This document shows, one piece after another, positions 50,475-60,702 of a stretch of 64,000 nt of DNA. This DNA is from Occultella glacieicola (lineage in GTDB: Bacteria; Actinomycetota; Actinomycetes; Actinomycetales; Beutenbergiaceae): positions 496,001-560,000 of the forward strand of contig NZ_SMNA01000002.1 in assembly GCF_004353825.1 (NCBI RefSeq), given 5' to 3'. Position 1 is the stretch's first letter. Every line of letters starts with the position of its first letter. The notes below the pieces were generated by a model. The model searched no databases. It had not been told where the DNA came from and saw only the letters and a program-made list of their open reading frames with translations. A program made the position numbers and the translations under genes.

Positions 50475-52097
50475 ATGGGTGACCTGTTCGCCTGGTGGCT
50501 CGGCGGCGGAGACTGGTACGACCTCGAGCAACGCCGCCGGATCAGCGACCTCGAGGCATCGCACCACGCCTCCCAATCCTCGATGCGGCGTCAGATGCAC
50601 CGCGCAACCACCGATCTCGCCACCCGCGTGAACCAGTTGGAGAGCGCCCTGGTCGCCGTCGTCGAGCTCGAGGACACCCGCGAGCGACTCACCGAGCACG
50701 CCGACGCGGCCGCCACCCGCCGGTTCGCGCGTGAGGTCGTCGCCGCACTGCCCGCGCTGGGGCGTGCGGACGGGGCCGGCCAGGTGACCGCGGTGCCACC
50801 ACCGGACGTCCCCGGGTACTGGCTCCATCCGGCCAGTCGTGCGCTGGCGGCCGAGCTCGAGCCTGCCGTTCTGCAAGGCTCGGCCGACCCCGAGGCACTC
50901 CTTGCCGAGGCCCGCCGGCGGGACACCTTCCAGACGAACCAGACCATCGTGTGCCTCGCAGCCATGACCGGGCGCCCCGAGCGCGCCCACCGGCTGCTCC
51001 CGGAGTTGTATCCCGCAGGTGACCAGGTGACCGATGACGAGCTCGTGATCTGGCGCGCGGTGGCCACCGGACGGTTCGGGGAGGACGCCCGTGCCGGTCT
51101 GGTCGACGCCCTTCGCCGGGTGGTCCAGGTGGACGGCCCCCTGACCGCCGAGATCGAACGGCTCGCCCTCGGCGGCCGGCGGGACACCGGCGTGCCGGCC
51201 GTCGACGCCGGGGTCGGTCTGGAGAAGCTGCACGCCTGGGTGTCGTCGATCGTGACCGCGCCGGTGACCGGGACCCCGGGCGAGTCCAAGTCGGCCGACG
51301 ACGCCCTGGCCGATCAGCTCGCTCTGCTGATCACCCGGGGCGCCCCGGGCGAGGAGGGCATCCTGCGCCGCATGGTCCAGATCCGTGGGGCGCTCGCCGC
51401 GATCGGGGTCTCGGACGGCCCGGCCCTGCCGCCGACCCCCGACCACACGGCCGTCGGCTCGGTACGTGAGACCGTGCTGGGCGACCTCGATCCGCGGCCG
51501 AGCGGGCCGAGGTGGCGGTTCCAGATGCTGGGTGGCGACGGTCGCGAGGACGTCACCCCGCCGGACCCGGAGCACCGCCTCGTCGCCCTCCGGGTGGTCG
51601 CCCCCGCCGTGGCACAACTCGCCGACCGCCTGGTGGAGAAGGCCAGGACGCCGCCCGCGCAGACGGACCGGGTGCGCCTCGGCCGCGGGGTCGAGGTCAC
51701 CCTCACCCCGACCGGCCCGACGTCGTCGACGTGGCAGAAGCAGGTCGTCTCGACGCCCCCGCTCCCGGCCTGGCGGCGTCCGACCGCGATCGGCCTCGGC
51801 GTGGCCGCGGTCCTGCTCGGCCTGCTGTCCATCCAGGCCGGTCCCGGGATCATCGTGATCGGCGCGATCGCCGCCATCGCCGCGGGCGTGATCTTCTACC
51901 GGGACCGCAGCGAAACGGCTCGGTCACAGGCCGAGGCGCAGTCGCAGCGACAGCGCGCCGAGCGCACGATCGCCGACGCCCAGGAGCGCCTGCACAAGTC
52001 CGTTGAGGACTCGGCCGCTGCTGCCGAGGCGGCGCAGACCCACCACCGGGCGATCGTCGCCGCGCTCGAGGCGACCGGGCGAACGGTGTCAGCCTGA
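50475..52097 (+). CDS. Hypothetical coiled-coil protein with a C-terminal TM hairpin
   Basis: AAGGAA RBS; N-terminal coiled coil, a PGYWL motif, two TMs and a C-terminal coiled coil. Confidence 0.75.
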   Translation: MGDLFAWWLGGGDWYDLEQRRRISDLEASHHASQSSMRRQMHRATTDLATRVNQLESALVAVVELEDTRERLTEHADAAATRRFAREVVAALPALGRADGAGQVTAVPPPDVPGYWLHPASRALAAELEPAVLQGSADPEALLAEARRRDTFQTNQTIVCLAAMTGRPERAHRLLPELYPAGDQVTDDELVIWRAVATGRFGEDARAGLVDALRRVVQVDGPLTAEIERLALGGRRDTGVPAVDAGVGLEKLHAWVSSIVTAPVTGTPGESKSADDALADQLALLITRGAPGEEGILRRMVQIRGALAAIGVSDGPALPPTPDHTAVGSVRETVLGDLDPRPSGPRWRFQMLGGDGREDVTPPDPEHRLVALRVVAPAVAQLADRLVEKARTPPAQTDRVRLGRGVEVTLTPTGPTSSTWQKQVVSTPPLPAWRRPTAIGLGVAAVLLGLLSIQAGPGIIVIGAIAAIAAGVIFYRDRSETARSQAEAQSQRQRAERTIADAQERLHKSVEDSAAAAEAAQTHHRAIVAALEATGRTVSA

Positions 52098-52350
52098 CGT
52101 CGGCTCCGTTCGCCGCTCCCTCACTGCCTGCGCAGCACCACCCGCCGGAACGTCCCCACCCCGGTCGGCTCCGGCACCAGCGTGACGCCGCGGCGATCGG
52201 AGCGCACGCTCAGACCTTCGTCGACGTGCTCCACCTGCTGGCGCTGGGCGCCCGGGACGGTGACGGCGGCAGGCTTGACCGCACCCTGCCGCCGGACTGC
52301 TTCGTCCTTGATGCCCGACGGCGGCCGCTCGCCGGGCAGGCCCGCTCGCC

Positions 52351-52986
52351 TCAGGCGGTCGAGAGGTCCCACGAGTCGAGGTCCCGGTCGGCATCGGCCC
52401 GTGCCCGGCGCTGAGCCGCCGTGGTCGCCGGCCCCCAGACCTTGGCGATCAGCCAGGCGGGCACGCTGAGTCCGCAGGCGATCGTGATCGGCGCCAGCAC
52501 CCAGACGGGCGTCGTGACGATCACGACCAGGACCGTGGCCAGCGCCCGCAGTGGCGAGGTGAGGACCAGGCGGGTGGCCTCGGCGAGCACCTCGGACCGG
52601 TGCGCGTCCAGGTCGGTCGTGCCCGCGGCGCGCACGTACGCACCGAAGAGGGCCCCGACCACCCAGTAGGTGGGCACCAGCAAGCCGGCGAAGAAGACCC
52701 GGGTTCCGCCGTCGAACGCCGTCACCATGAGCCACCCCGTGGCCACCCCGACCAACACGAACACCCACCACCCAAGCGAGACCGGCAGGTCCCGACGTAG
52801 GGTCCGACGCAGCTGGGTCAGCACCACCCGCCCGGAGGTGTCGGCGTGCTCGTCGAGGTCGGCCATCACCCGGGCGTTGCCGGCGAACGCGGGGATCACC
52901 CCCACGAGCGACAGCAACCCCAGGAGCCCGGCCCAGTTGGCGGCGACCATGGCCGCCGGGTAGCGCAGGAGCTTGTTCAGATCCAT
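52351..52986 (-). CDS. Membrane protein associated with the sugar ABC operon (YesL/DUF624-like)
   Basis: Hydrophobic 211-aa protein starting 8 nt after the permease stop. Confidence 0.65.
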   Translation of the reverse strand: MDLNKLLRYPAAMVAANWAGLLGLLSLVGVIPAFAGNARVMADLDEHADTSGRVVLTQLRRTLRRDLPVSLGWWVFVLVGVATGWLMVTAFDGGTRVFFAGLLVPTYWVVGALFGAYVRAAGTTDLDAHRSEVLAEATRLVLTSPLRALATVLVVIVTTPVWVLAPITIACGLSVPAWLIAKVWGPATTAAQRRARADADRDLDSWDLSTA

Positions 52987-52994
52987 GCCGGTCC

Positions 52995-53972
52995 CTACTT
53001 GATCCCGGATCCGACGAAGCCGTTCACGAACTGCTTCTGGAAGAAGAAGAACATGACGATCATCGGAACCGCGGCCATCGTGGTGCCGGCCATGAGCAGG
53101 TTGAACTCGGTGCCCGCCTCCTGCCGGAACACCGACAACCCGAGCTGGATCGTGCGCAGGTTCGTGCTGGAGGTCACCAGCAACGGCCACAGGAAGTTGT
53201 TCCATCCGGCCTCGAAGGCCAGCAGCGCGACCGTGAGCATCCCGGGCCGGATCAACGGAGCCATGATCTGCACGAACGTGCGTGCCTCGGACGCGCCGTC
53301 GATCCTCGCGGCCTCCATCAGTTCGGTCGGGGTCGAGATGAAGAACTGGCGGAACAGGAAGATGTTGAAGGGTGAGACGAGCGCCGGGATCAGCAGCGCC
53401 CACCAGGTGTCGTACCACCCCGTGCCGCCCTGCCCGAACAGATCGTTGCCGCCGGCGAACGGCACGAACCGGATCATCAGGAACTCGGGGATGACGATCG
53501 CGTAGAACGGGATCATCATCGAGGCCAGGATGAAGCCGAAAAGCACGCTCGCCCCCCGGAACCGAATCTTCGCGAGCGCGTAGCCGGCCATCGACCCGAG
53601 CACCAGGTTCGAGATCGTGTGCACGGCCGCGATGATGAAACTGTTCCGGGCGTAGATCCCGAAGGGTGCCCTCTCCAGGGCCACCGTGAAGTTCTCCCAG
53701 TGCCACTCCGTTGGCCACAACGGCATGTCCGCCGAGTAGATCTCCGGCGACGAGCGCACCGAGGTGAGGAACATCCAGACGAACGGCATCGCCATCACGA
53801 CCGAGACGACGATCAGGAAGATGGTCAGGGCGAACCGGGAGATCCGGCGCTGCTTGCTCGCCGAGGCCCGCTTGGCGCGCCGCTCCTGCCGTCGATCGGC
53901 CTTGAGCCTGGCTGACTCCTGCTCGGTGCCGACGGGCGCGTCGATGGTGCCGGGGAAGGCGGTGTCAGTCAT
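52995..53972 (-). CDS. Carbohydrate ABC permease (MalG-like)
   Basis: PFVWM, AGYALAK, EAARIDGAS (EAA loop) and WNNFLWPL. Confidence 0.93.
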   Translation of the reverse strand: MTDTAFPGTIDAPVGTEQESARLKADRRQERRAKRASASKQRRISRFALTIFLIVVSVVMAMPFVWMFLTSVRSSPEIYSADMPLWPTEWHWENFTVALERAPFGIYARNSFIIAAVHTISNLVLGSMAGYALAKIRFRGASVLFGFILASMMIPFYAIVIPEFLMIRFVPFAGGNDLFGQGGTGWYDTWWALLIPALVSPFNIFLFRQFFISTPTELMEAARIDGASEARTFVQIMAPLIRPGMLTVALLAFEAGWNNFLWPLLVTSSTNLRTIQLGLSVFRQEAGTEFNLLMAGTTMAAVPMIVMFFFFQKQFVNGFVGSGIK

Positions 53973-54897
53973 CCTTACCACCCGTGACCTTTCTCGAGAT
54001 GATGGTCAGGACGACCAGGACCACCAGAAGAACGACCGACTGCGCGGTGGCGAGCCCCATCCGGAACTGCTGGAAGGCCGTCTGGTAGATCTGATAGGTG
54101 ATGACGGTCGTGGAGTTCGCCGGACCACCATTGGTCAGGTTGTAGATCAGGTCGAACGTCTGGAAGTTCCCCACGATCGAGGTCACCAGGATGAAGAAGG
54201 TCACCGGCTTGAGCATCGGGATCGTGATCCGGAAGAACTTCTGCACGGCCGACGCGCCGTCGATGTCCGCGGCCTCGTACAACTGCTGGTCGATCCCCTG
54301 CAACGAGGCCAGGTAGATCATCATCTTCAGCCCGATGCCCTGCCAGATGGTCACCAGGATCACAGAGGGCAACGCCTGCGACGGACTCGCGAGGAACGCC
54401 TGGTTGGGTAGCCCGAAGAAGCCCAGCACGATGTTCAGCAGCCCGTTCCCGCCGGGCGAGTAGATCCACAGCCAGATCATCGCGATCGCCACGGTCGCGG
54501 TGACGTGCGGTAGGAACACCGCCGTCCGGAAGATCGAGTTGCCGCGCAGGCCCTGGTTCAGCATCACGGCCAACGCCAAGGAGATCAGCATCGAGATCGG
54601 GATGCCGACGACCGCCATGATGAAGTTGTTCCCCAGCGCCTTCCAGAACACCGGATCGTTCGCCAACGTCACATAGTTGTCGATCCCCGAGAACTCCGGC
54701 GGGTTCAACATGTCGTAGTTCGTGAAGCTCAGGATGATCGACACGACGACAGGCAGCCCGGTCCACAGAGCGATGTGGATCGTCGCCGGGGCAGCGAACA
54801 GCAACCCCCAACGCCCCTGCCGTTGTGTCAACGTGGCGCCCCGCCGACGCGCGGGCGGGGCGGACTGGGTCTGCCTGTCGACCGTGTTGGTACTCAT
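53965..54897 (-). CDS. Carbohydrate ABC permease (MalF-like)
   Basis: GIDNY, LYEAADIDGAS, FFRITIPML and TNGGP. Confidence 0.93.
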   Translation of the reverse strand: MSTNTVDRQTQSAPPARRRGATLTQRQGRWGLLFAAPATIHIALWTGLPVVVSIILSFTNYDMLNPPEFSGIDNYVTLANDPVFWKALGNNFIMAVVGIPISMLISLALAVMLNQGLRGNSIFRTAVFLPHVTATVAIAMIWLWIYSPGGNGLLNIVLGFFGLPNQAFLASPSQALPSVILVTIWQGIGLKMMIYLASLQGIDQQLYEAADIDGASAVQKFFRITIPMLKPVTFFILVTSIVGNFQTFDLIYNLTNGGPANSTTVITYQIYQTAFQQFRMGLATAQSVVLLVVLVVLTIISRKVTGGKDD

Positions 54898-54922
54898 CGG
54901 GTACTCCTGACGATCGTCCTGC

Positions 54923-56200
54923 TCAGACGCGCGAGAGCGCGTCCTGGGCGGCCGCGGTGAGCGCATCGATGGCCTGCTGCGCGGTCTTCTGTCCGGTCAC
55001 GGCGGCCTCGAGCTCGGGCGCGACCAGACCACGGATCTCCATCCAGGCAGGGCTGCCGCCCTCGAACGCGGTGGCGTAGCCGAAGTTGTCGATCGTGTAC
55101 TGCGCCATGAGGTTGTCAGTCACGACGGGGTCCTCGATGTCGGTCCGGGCCGGCACCTTCCCGCTCTCGGTGACCGCGGTGAGCAGCGGCTCGGCCTCGA
55201 GCATGTAGCTCAGCAGCTCCTGGACCTTGTCGGCGTGCTGGGTCCGGGACGACATCGTCAGCAGGGTGCCGCCGGTCCACATCACCGGGTCACCGCCCGC
55301 CTCGGCGGACGGAAGCAGGAACATGCCCATGGCGTCCTCGGTCACCAGTTCCGGGCTCTGCTCCGTGAACGACGGCCACAGGCTCGAGTTGAGCAGGTCG
55401 ACGGCTGCCTGTCCCTGCTGCCAGGGTCGGGGCTGGCCCTCGGCACCCTTGACGTCGAAGTTCGCGGTGCCGTCGGCGACGAGATCGAGCATGTACTGCA
55501 GCGCGGCCAGGCCGGAGCCGTCGTCGAAGGCCACCGCCGTGCCGTCGTCATTGAACAGACGTCCGCCGTAGCACCCGAGGAGGTGGCTCCAGGTCTGGCG
55601 GATGTTCGAGGAGAACAGGTCGATGCCCACGCCACCGTCCGGCGTGACCTCCTTGAGCGCCTCGCGCAGGTCGTCCAGGTTGGTGGGAACTTCGGCGATG
55701 CCTGCCGCGTCGAACAGCGCCCTGTTGTAGATGCAGATGCGACCGTCGACGAAGTACGGCAGTGCGTGCAGTTTGCCCTCGTAGCGGCACTGGGCGAGCA
55801 GGTTCTCGTTGACAGGGAGCCCGTCCAGCAGTGATTCCGGCAGCTCGGTCAGGACGCCCTTGTGAGCGAACGGCTCCACCCAGCCCGCGCCCGGCATGAT
55901 CACATCGGCGACCAGGCCACCGGCCACCGAGGTCGACAGCTTCTCGTTCAGCTTCGTCCAGTCGGTGTAGTCGACCTTGTAGGAGTAGTCGGTTCCCTCG
56001 AAGAAGCCGTCGAGGATGCCGGTCTCGAGGGCGGCCTTCCCGGTGGTGCCCGCGAACTCAGGCGTCAGGAGTGAGATCTCGCCCCCGCCACCACCGTTTC
56101 CGCCACCACCGCCGCTGCCGCTGCCGGAGCAGGCGGCGAGGGCGAGCGCGGAGAGGGAGACCCCGGATGCGGCCAGGAAGTCTCGTCTGCGAAGCGTCAT
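54923..56200 (-). CDS. Carbohydrate ABC substrate-binding lipoprotein (Tat-type signal)
   Basis: RRRDFL twin-Arg and LAAC lipobox; YEGKLHALP and YNRALF; AAAGGA RBS. Confidence 0.92.
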   Translation of the reverse strand: MTLRRRDFLAASGVSLSALALAACSGSGSGGGGGNGGGGGEISLLTPEFAGTTGKAALETGILDGFFEGTDYSYKVDYTDWTKLNEKLSTSVAGGLVADVIMPGAGWVEPFAHKGVLTELPESLLDGLPVNENLLAQCRYEGKLHALPYFVDGRICIYNRALFDAAGIAEVPTNLDDLREALKEVTPDGGVGIDLFSSNIRQTWSHLLGCYGGRLFNDDGTAVAFDDGSGLAALQYMLDLVADGTANFDVKGAEGQPRPWQQGQAAVDLLNSSLWPSFTEQSPELVTEDAMGMFLLPSAEAGGDPVMWTGGTLLTMSSRTQHADKVQELLSYMLEAEPLLTAVTESGKVPARTDIEDPVVTDNLMAQYTIDNFGYATAFEGGSPAWMEIRGLVAPELEAAVTGQKTAQQAIDALTAAAQDALSRV

Positions 56201-56533
56201 TGCTTGTCCTTTCAGATCTGGGAGGGTGCTCTGACCCAACCCTTAGGAGGGTGAACCGTCGGCGCGTTCGTGCCGATGTGCTGCCGGAGGACCTGCGGGT
56301 TCCAGGTCGTGCTGAGGTCTGTACTTGTCGGGGGTCCGAGTCCGACGATGGACGCGGGGCGGGCTTCAACTGTGACGCTAACCACGCCATGCGCGGGATC
56401 CGGCCTTGTTGCCGTTTGTTGCCTCAGCCTGCTCGCTGTTGAGCATCTCTGCTCACGGGTGTTCAGTGGTGAGCAGGTTACCTCACGCCGGCCGGCCGCC
56501 CGGCCGGGTCTGCCCTCCGTGAGCGCCGAGCCC

Positions 56534-57640
56534 TCACACCCAGGCCGTCGAGGCACGCTCGATGAGCGCCGGAGTCAGGATGACTCGCCGGACCGGCAGG
56601 TGGGATCCGCCGGGCGCGAGCCTGGAGAGCAGGAGCTCGACGGCGTAGTGGCCGATCATCGCCTTGGGTGGGCTCATGGCGGTGATCGCGGGCGAGGCCA
56701 GGTTCGCCACCTCATCGTTGTAGCTGATCACCGAGAGGTCCTCGGGCACGCGGACACCCAGTTCGGCGCAGCGGCCGACGAGCTCGAGGGCGTCGTCGTC
56801 CGGATGCACCAGGACCGCGGTGGTCGCGCTGGCTCGCATCCGCTCGATGAAGTCGTCCAGGGCCGACCGCCAGCCGGGCTCGGAGTAGACCCTGACGGTG
56901 GCGTCCGGCGTCCCCTCGACCGGCAGTCCGAGGTCCTCACACGCCGCGCCCCAACCCCGCCGCAGCTGGCCGGCGGTGACCGAGTCGGAGACCATCAGCC
57001 CGATCCTCCGGTGTCCACGGGCCTGCAGCTGGCGCACCGCCAGCGCGGCACCGAGTTCGTGGTCCGTCGACACCGCCTCGATCGGCTGGCCATACGTCCC
57101 GACCTCGAACTGTCGCTCCGCCAACACCACCGGCACCCCGAGAGAGGCGAGCCACTCGCCCAGGTCCGGCTCGGCCACCCGCGGGTCCGGAGCCAGGATC
57201 AGCCCGTCCACCTTCGTGGTCACCAGCAGGCCCCCGACATCCCGGCGGTACTCGGCCGGATCGTAGGTCGACCCCCGCAGCGCGATGGTCGCACCGCGCT
57301 CGTCGGCCGCCAACGTCGCGCCCCTGGCGATCTCCGGCCAGTAGTTGTGACGCAGGGTCGGCACCACCATGCCGAGGACGAGGCCCCGACCGTTCGGCTG
57401 GGCCGGCCGCTGGAGCGCTTCCTCCGCGACCCGGACCTGGCGCACTCCGCCGCGGACCCGGTGCGCGTGACCCTCGCGCTCCAGCAGCCCCACGTCCCGA
57501 CGCACCGTCACGGCCGTCACCCCGAGCCTCGCGGCGAGCGCGTCGATGCGGTGCGTGGCGCCGTCCTGGAGCACCCCGAGGAGTCGCTCCCGTCGCTCGT
57601 CGGGAAGGAGGGCGCGGGTGCCACCCGAAGACTCATCCAT
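56534..57640 (-). CDS. Transcriptional regulator with DeoR-type HTH and LacI-type sensor domain
   Basis: LAARLGVTAVTVRRDV..RVRGG HTH, then GHRRIG, VPEDLSVISYND and LIERAST. Confidence 0.88.
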   Translation of the reverse strand: MDESSGGTRALLPDERRERLLGVLQDGATHRIDALAARLGVTAVTVRRDVGLLEREGHAHRVRGGVRQVRVAEEALQRPAQPNGRGLVLGMVVPTLRHNYWPEIARGATLAADERGATIALRGSTYDPAEYRRDVGGLLVTTKVDGLILAPDPRVAEPDLGEWLASLGVPVVLAERQFEVGTYGQPIEAVSTDHELGAALAVRQLQARGHRRIGLMVSDSVTAGQLRRGWGAACEDLGLPVEGTPDATVRVYSEPGWRSALDDFIERMRASATTAVLVHPDDDALELVGRCAELGVRVPEDLSVISYNDEVANLASPAITAMSPPKAMIGHYAVELLLSRLAPGGSHLPVRRVILTPALIERASTAWV

Positions 57641-57794
57641 GGCTGCTCCAGTCTGCGGTCCGCGGACCCCACCGTGACCACCACGCATGATCAGTCCGCT
57701 ACTGTACGGTTCGTTAAGTGTCGTTCATGATCATGATTGATCCAATTCGACACGCACGATGTGGCACTCACCCGATGATGGGACGCGAGGAATC

Positions 57795-58814
57795 ATGGCA
57801 TCAACCCGACCGCGAGCACTGCTGGTCATGAGGGACTGGGCCTACCAGACCCAGTTCGGCCCGGACGAGCTGGAGCGACTGCGCGCGCTCGCCGATCTCG
57901 GCCCCGACGAGACTCCGCTCTCCGAGCTCGACTCCCCCGCCGCCCGTGCCCGCCTGGCCGACGCCGAGGTCCTGGTCACCTCCTGGGGCTGCCCCCGACT
58001 GGACGAGGACCGGCTCGCCGCCGCCCCGAACTTGCGCGCGGTGTTCCACAGCGCCGGGACCGTGCGGTCGCTGGTCTCCGACGAGCTCTGGGCACGCGGG
58101 ATCCGCGTCACGACGGCAGCCGAGGAGAACGCCGAGCCGGTCGCCCAGTTCACGTTCGCCGCCATCGTGTTCGCCGGGAAGAAGGCTCCGTTCCTCGCGC
58201 AACGGGCCCGGACCGATCGCGCGGACTGGTCCTACAAGTTCCGACACACTGACGAGCTCGGCAACCTCGGCCGAACGGTCGGCCTGATCGGCTTCTCCCG
58301 GATCGGCGCGCGCGTGGCGCAGCGGCTGCTCAGCCTCCCGGTCCGGACGCTCGTGTACGACCCGTTCGTGGACGACGCCCGGATCGAGGCGGCCGGGGGC
58401 CGACGGGTCGAACTGGACGAGTTGCTCACCTCCTCCGACATCGTGAGCGTCCACGCCCCGCAGCTGCCGAGCACGCACCACATGCTCGGCGCGGACCAGC
58501 TCGCCCTCATGCGCGACCGCGCCACGCTGATCAACACCTCGCGGGGCTCGCTGATCGACACCGAGGCGCTGACGGCCGAGTGCGCCAGCGGCCGGCTCGA
58601 CGCCATCCTCGATGTCACCGACCCGGAGCCGCTACCGCCCGACTCGGTCCTCTACGATCTCCCGAACGTGATGATCACCCCGCACATCGCCGGATCCCTG
58701 GGACTGGAGACCCGCCTCATGAGCCAGCGCGCGCTCACCGAACTTGCCCGGTACATCGACGGCCTGCCCGCGGAGGAAGAGGTCACGGCCGAGGCGATGG
58801 GAGTCATGGCGTGA
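57795..58814 (+). CDS. D-isomer-specific 2-hydroxyacid dehydrogenase
   Basis: GFSRIG..VYDP Rossmann fold, INTSRG, LDVTDPEP and TPHIAG (Arg/Glu/His). Confidence 0.92.
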   Translation: MASTRPRALLVMRDWAYQTQFGPDELERLRALADLGPDETPLSELDSPAARARLADAEVLVTSWGCPRLDEDRLAAAPNLRAVFHSAGTVRSLVSDELWARGIRVTTAAEENAEPVAQFTFAAIVFAGKKAPFLAQRARTDRADWSYKFRHTDELGNLGRTVGLIGFSRIGARVAQRLLSLPVRTLVYDPFVDDARIEAAGGRRVELDELLTSSDIVSVHAPQLPSTHHMLGADQLALMRDRATLINTSRGSLIDTEALTAECASGRLDAILDVTDPEPLPPDSVLYDLPNVMITPHIAGSLGLETRLMSQRALTELARYIDGLPAEEEVTAEAMGVMA

Positions 58815-59680
58815 GCCGGGCGCGCTGGCGCGTCGGCGCGTCGACCCTGGGTGCACCGGGCGAGGATCTGGGAGGCGTGATCGGCACGCTCGGCCGCCAT
58901 GCGGTGGACGTGGTGGAGCTGCGCGCGGCCCCGGACGCGCTCGTCCACACCGAGCTGACCGCGCCCGAGCGTGCCCGGGTCCGCCAGGACCTGGAGTCCG
59001 CGGGCATCGAGGTACTCGCGGTCGCGAGCGGTGTCCGCGCCGGCGCGGACACCGACGACGACTCGGTGGTGTCCGCGCTCGTCGCCCATCTGCACCTGGC
59101 GCATGACCTCGGTGCCAGGTTCGTGCGGGTGTTCCCAGGCGCGCCGACCCATCCGGCCGGCAAGGACGAGCTGCCCCGGCTGGTCGAGGACGCCGCGGGC
59201 GCCGATGCGCGGATCGCGCGCCGGCTCGCCGCCGTGCTCCCGGTCGCGGCCGCCGTCGGTGTGCGCCCGGTCCTGGAGACGCACGACTCGCACCCGCGGG
59301 GCGCCGACCTGGTGCGCGTCCTCGACCTCCTCGCCGCCGAGCACCCGGACCACGCCGTCGGCGTCATCTGGGACGCGCTGCATCCGTGGCGGGTCGGCGA
59401 ACGCCCGGCCGAGACCGCCGCCGCCCTGCTCCCGCACCTGCGCGACGGCCGTGGCTACGTCCAGATCAAGGACACCGTCAGCGCCGCGGACACCACGCCC
59501 GTCCTGCAGGGCACGGGCGCCGTTCCCGTGGACGAGGTCCTCGACGAACTGGCTGGCGGTGGCTACGACGGTCCGGTCTCGTTGGAGTGGGAACGCACCT
59601 GGTACCCACAGGTCGAGACCCTGGGCGAGGCGCTCGGCGCGGCGGTCACGGCGGTCGCGAACTGGCCGGCCCGCACCTGA
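58811..59680 (+). CDS. Sugar phosphate isomerase/epimerase (TIM barrel)
   Basis: GTGA overlap; STLG, VELR, VRVF, LETHD, WDALH, QIKD and SLEWE. Confidence 0.85.
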   Translation: MSRARWRVGASTLGAPGEDLGGVIGTLGRHAVDVVELRAAPDALVHTELTAPERARVRQDLESAGIEVLAVASGVRAGADTDDDSVVSALVAHLHLAHDLGARFVRVFPGAPTHPAGKDELPRLVEDAAGADARIARRLAAVLPVAAAVGVRPVLETHDSHPRGADLVRVLDLLAAEHPDHAVGVIWDALHPWRVGERPAETAAALLPHLRDGRGYVQIKDTVSAADTTPVLQGTGAVPVDEVLDELAGGGYDGPVSLEWERTWYPQVETLGEALGAAVTAVANWPART

Positions 59681-59766
59681 GTCCCACCGCGTGTCGGCGC
59701 CGGTGATCCCGACCGCCCTGCCAGGCTGTACCCCGTCGGCGATCGGCGTCGGTAGGCCGGGACGGG

Positions 59767-60159
59767 ATGCTCATGCTCGTGATCGCGCAGGTCCTCGCGG
59801 GTCTGGGTGCCCTGGTGCACGTCTACATCTTCGTGCTGGAGTCGTTCGCGTGGAACACCCCCCGTGGTCGCGCCACGTTCGCAACCACGCCCGAACAGGC
59901 CGCCTCGTCCGCCGACCTCGCCTACAACCAGGGCTTCTACAACCTCTTCCTCGCGGTGACGAGCGCGACCGGCATCCTGCTGCTCTCCGTCGGGAACACC
60001 GGCCCGGGCGCCGCCCTGGTGTTCGCCGGCTCGGGCTCCATGGTGCTGGCCGCGGTCGTCCTGCTGACCCGCAACCGGGCCATGTCCCGCGCAGCGGCCG
60101 TGCAGGGTGTTGCGCCGCTGCTCGCGGTCGTGGCGCTCACGCTGGCCCTGGTCGGCTGA
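59767..60159 (+). CDS. DUF1304-like membrane protein
   Basis: LVHVYIFVLES, AYNQGFYNLFLA and AAAVQG. Confidence 0.85.
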   Translation: MLMLVIAQVLAGLGALVHVYIFVLESFAWNTPRGRATFATTPEQAASSADLAYNQGFYNLFLAVTSATGILLLSVGNTGPGAALVFAGSGSMVLAAVVLLTRNRAMSRAAAVQGVAPLLAVVALTLALVG

Positions 60160-60199
60160 CACCGGCCCGACGGCGTAGCGCATGTCGAGCGCGCCGGCG

Positions 60200-60688
60200 T
60201 CAGTCCGGCGGCCGGCCGGCCGGCTCCTCGAGCCGGCGTCCGAACACCCGGGTGCGCTGGTCGGTGTAGCCGAGCGCCTCGTAGAAGCCGGTGACGTCGT
60301 TTCCGGCGCGGACCATCAACTGCACCTTCCGGGCGCCCGCCCCGAGCAGCCAGGCCTCCGCGGCGACCATCAGGTCGCGGCCGTGCCCCAGCCCCCGCCG
60401 CCCCGGGTCGACGGCGAGGTAGTAGACCCAGCCCCGATGCCCGTCGAACCCCACCATGACCGTGCCGGTCACGCCGTCGGGCGTCTGGAGGACCAGCACG
60501 GCAGAGGTCTCGCCCGCCCGTGCCTGGCCCAGGTCCGTGGCCGGGTCGTTCCAGGGGCGGGTCAGACCGCACGCCTGCCAGAGCTCGATGATCCGTTCGG
60601 AGTCCGCGTCGATCGCCTCGCGCACACCGACCCGGGTGCCCGACGGCGGCGCCTGCGACGAGGAATCGGCCGCGTCGACTGGGTTCAC
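60200..60688 (-). CDS. GNAT acetyltransferase (YpeA-like)
   Basis: LTRPWNDP, GFDGHRGWVYYLAV, RRGLGHG and FYEALGY. Start position uncertain. Confidence 0.88.
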   Translation of the reverse strand: MNPVDAADSSSQAPPSGTRVGVREAIDADSERIIELWQACGLTRPWNDPATDLGQARAGETSAVLVLQTPDGVTGTVMVGFDGHRGWVYYLAVDPGRRGLGHGRDLMVAAEAWLLGAGARKVQLMVRAGNDVTGFYEALGYTDQRTRVFGRRLEEPAGRPPD

Positions 60689-60702
60689 CGCGTCGACGTC
60701 GC

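Noticed and set aside
52121..52771. 216-aa minus-strand ORF as an extra gene of the ABC operon
   Set aside because: Mostly out-of-frame overlap with the YesL-like gene; the tail reads like antisense sequence.
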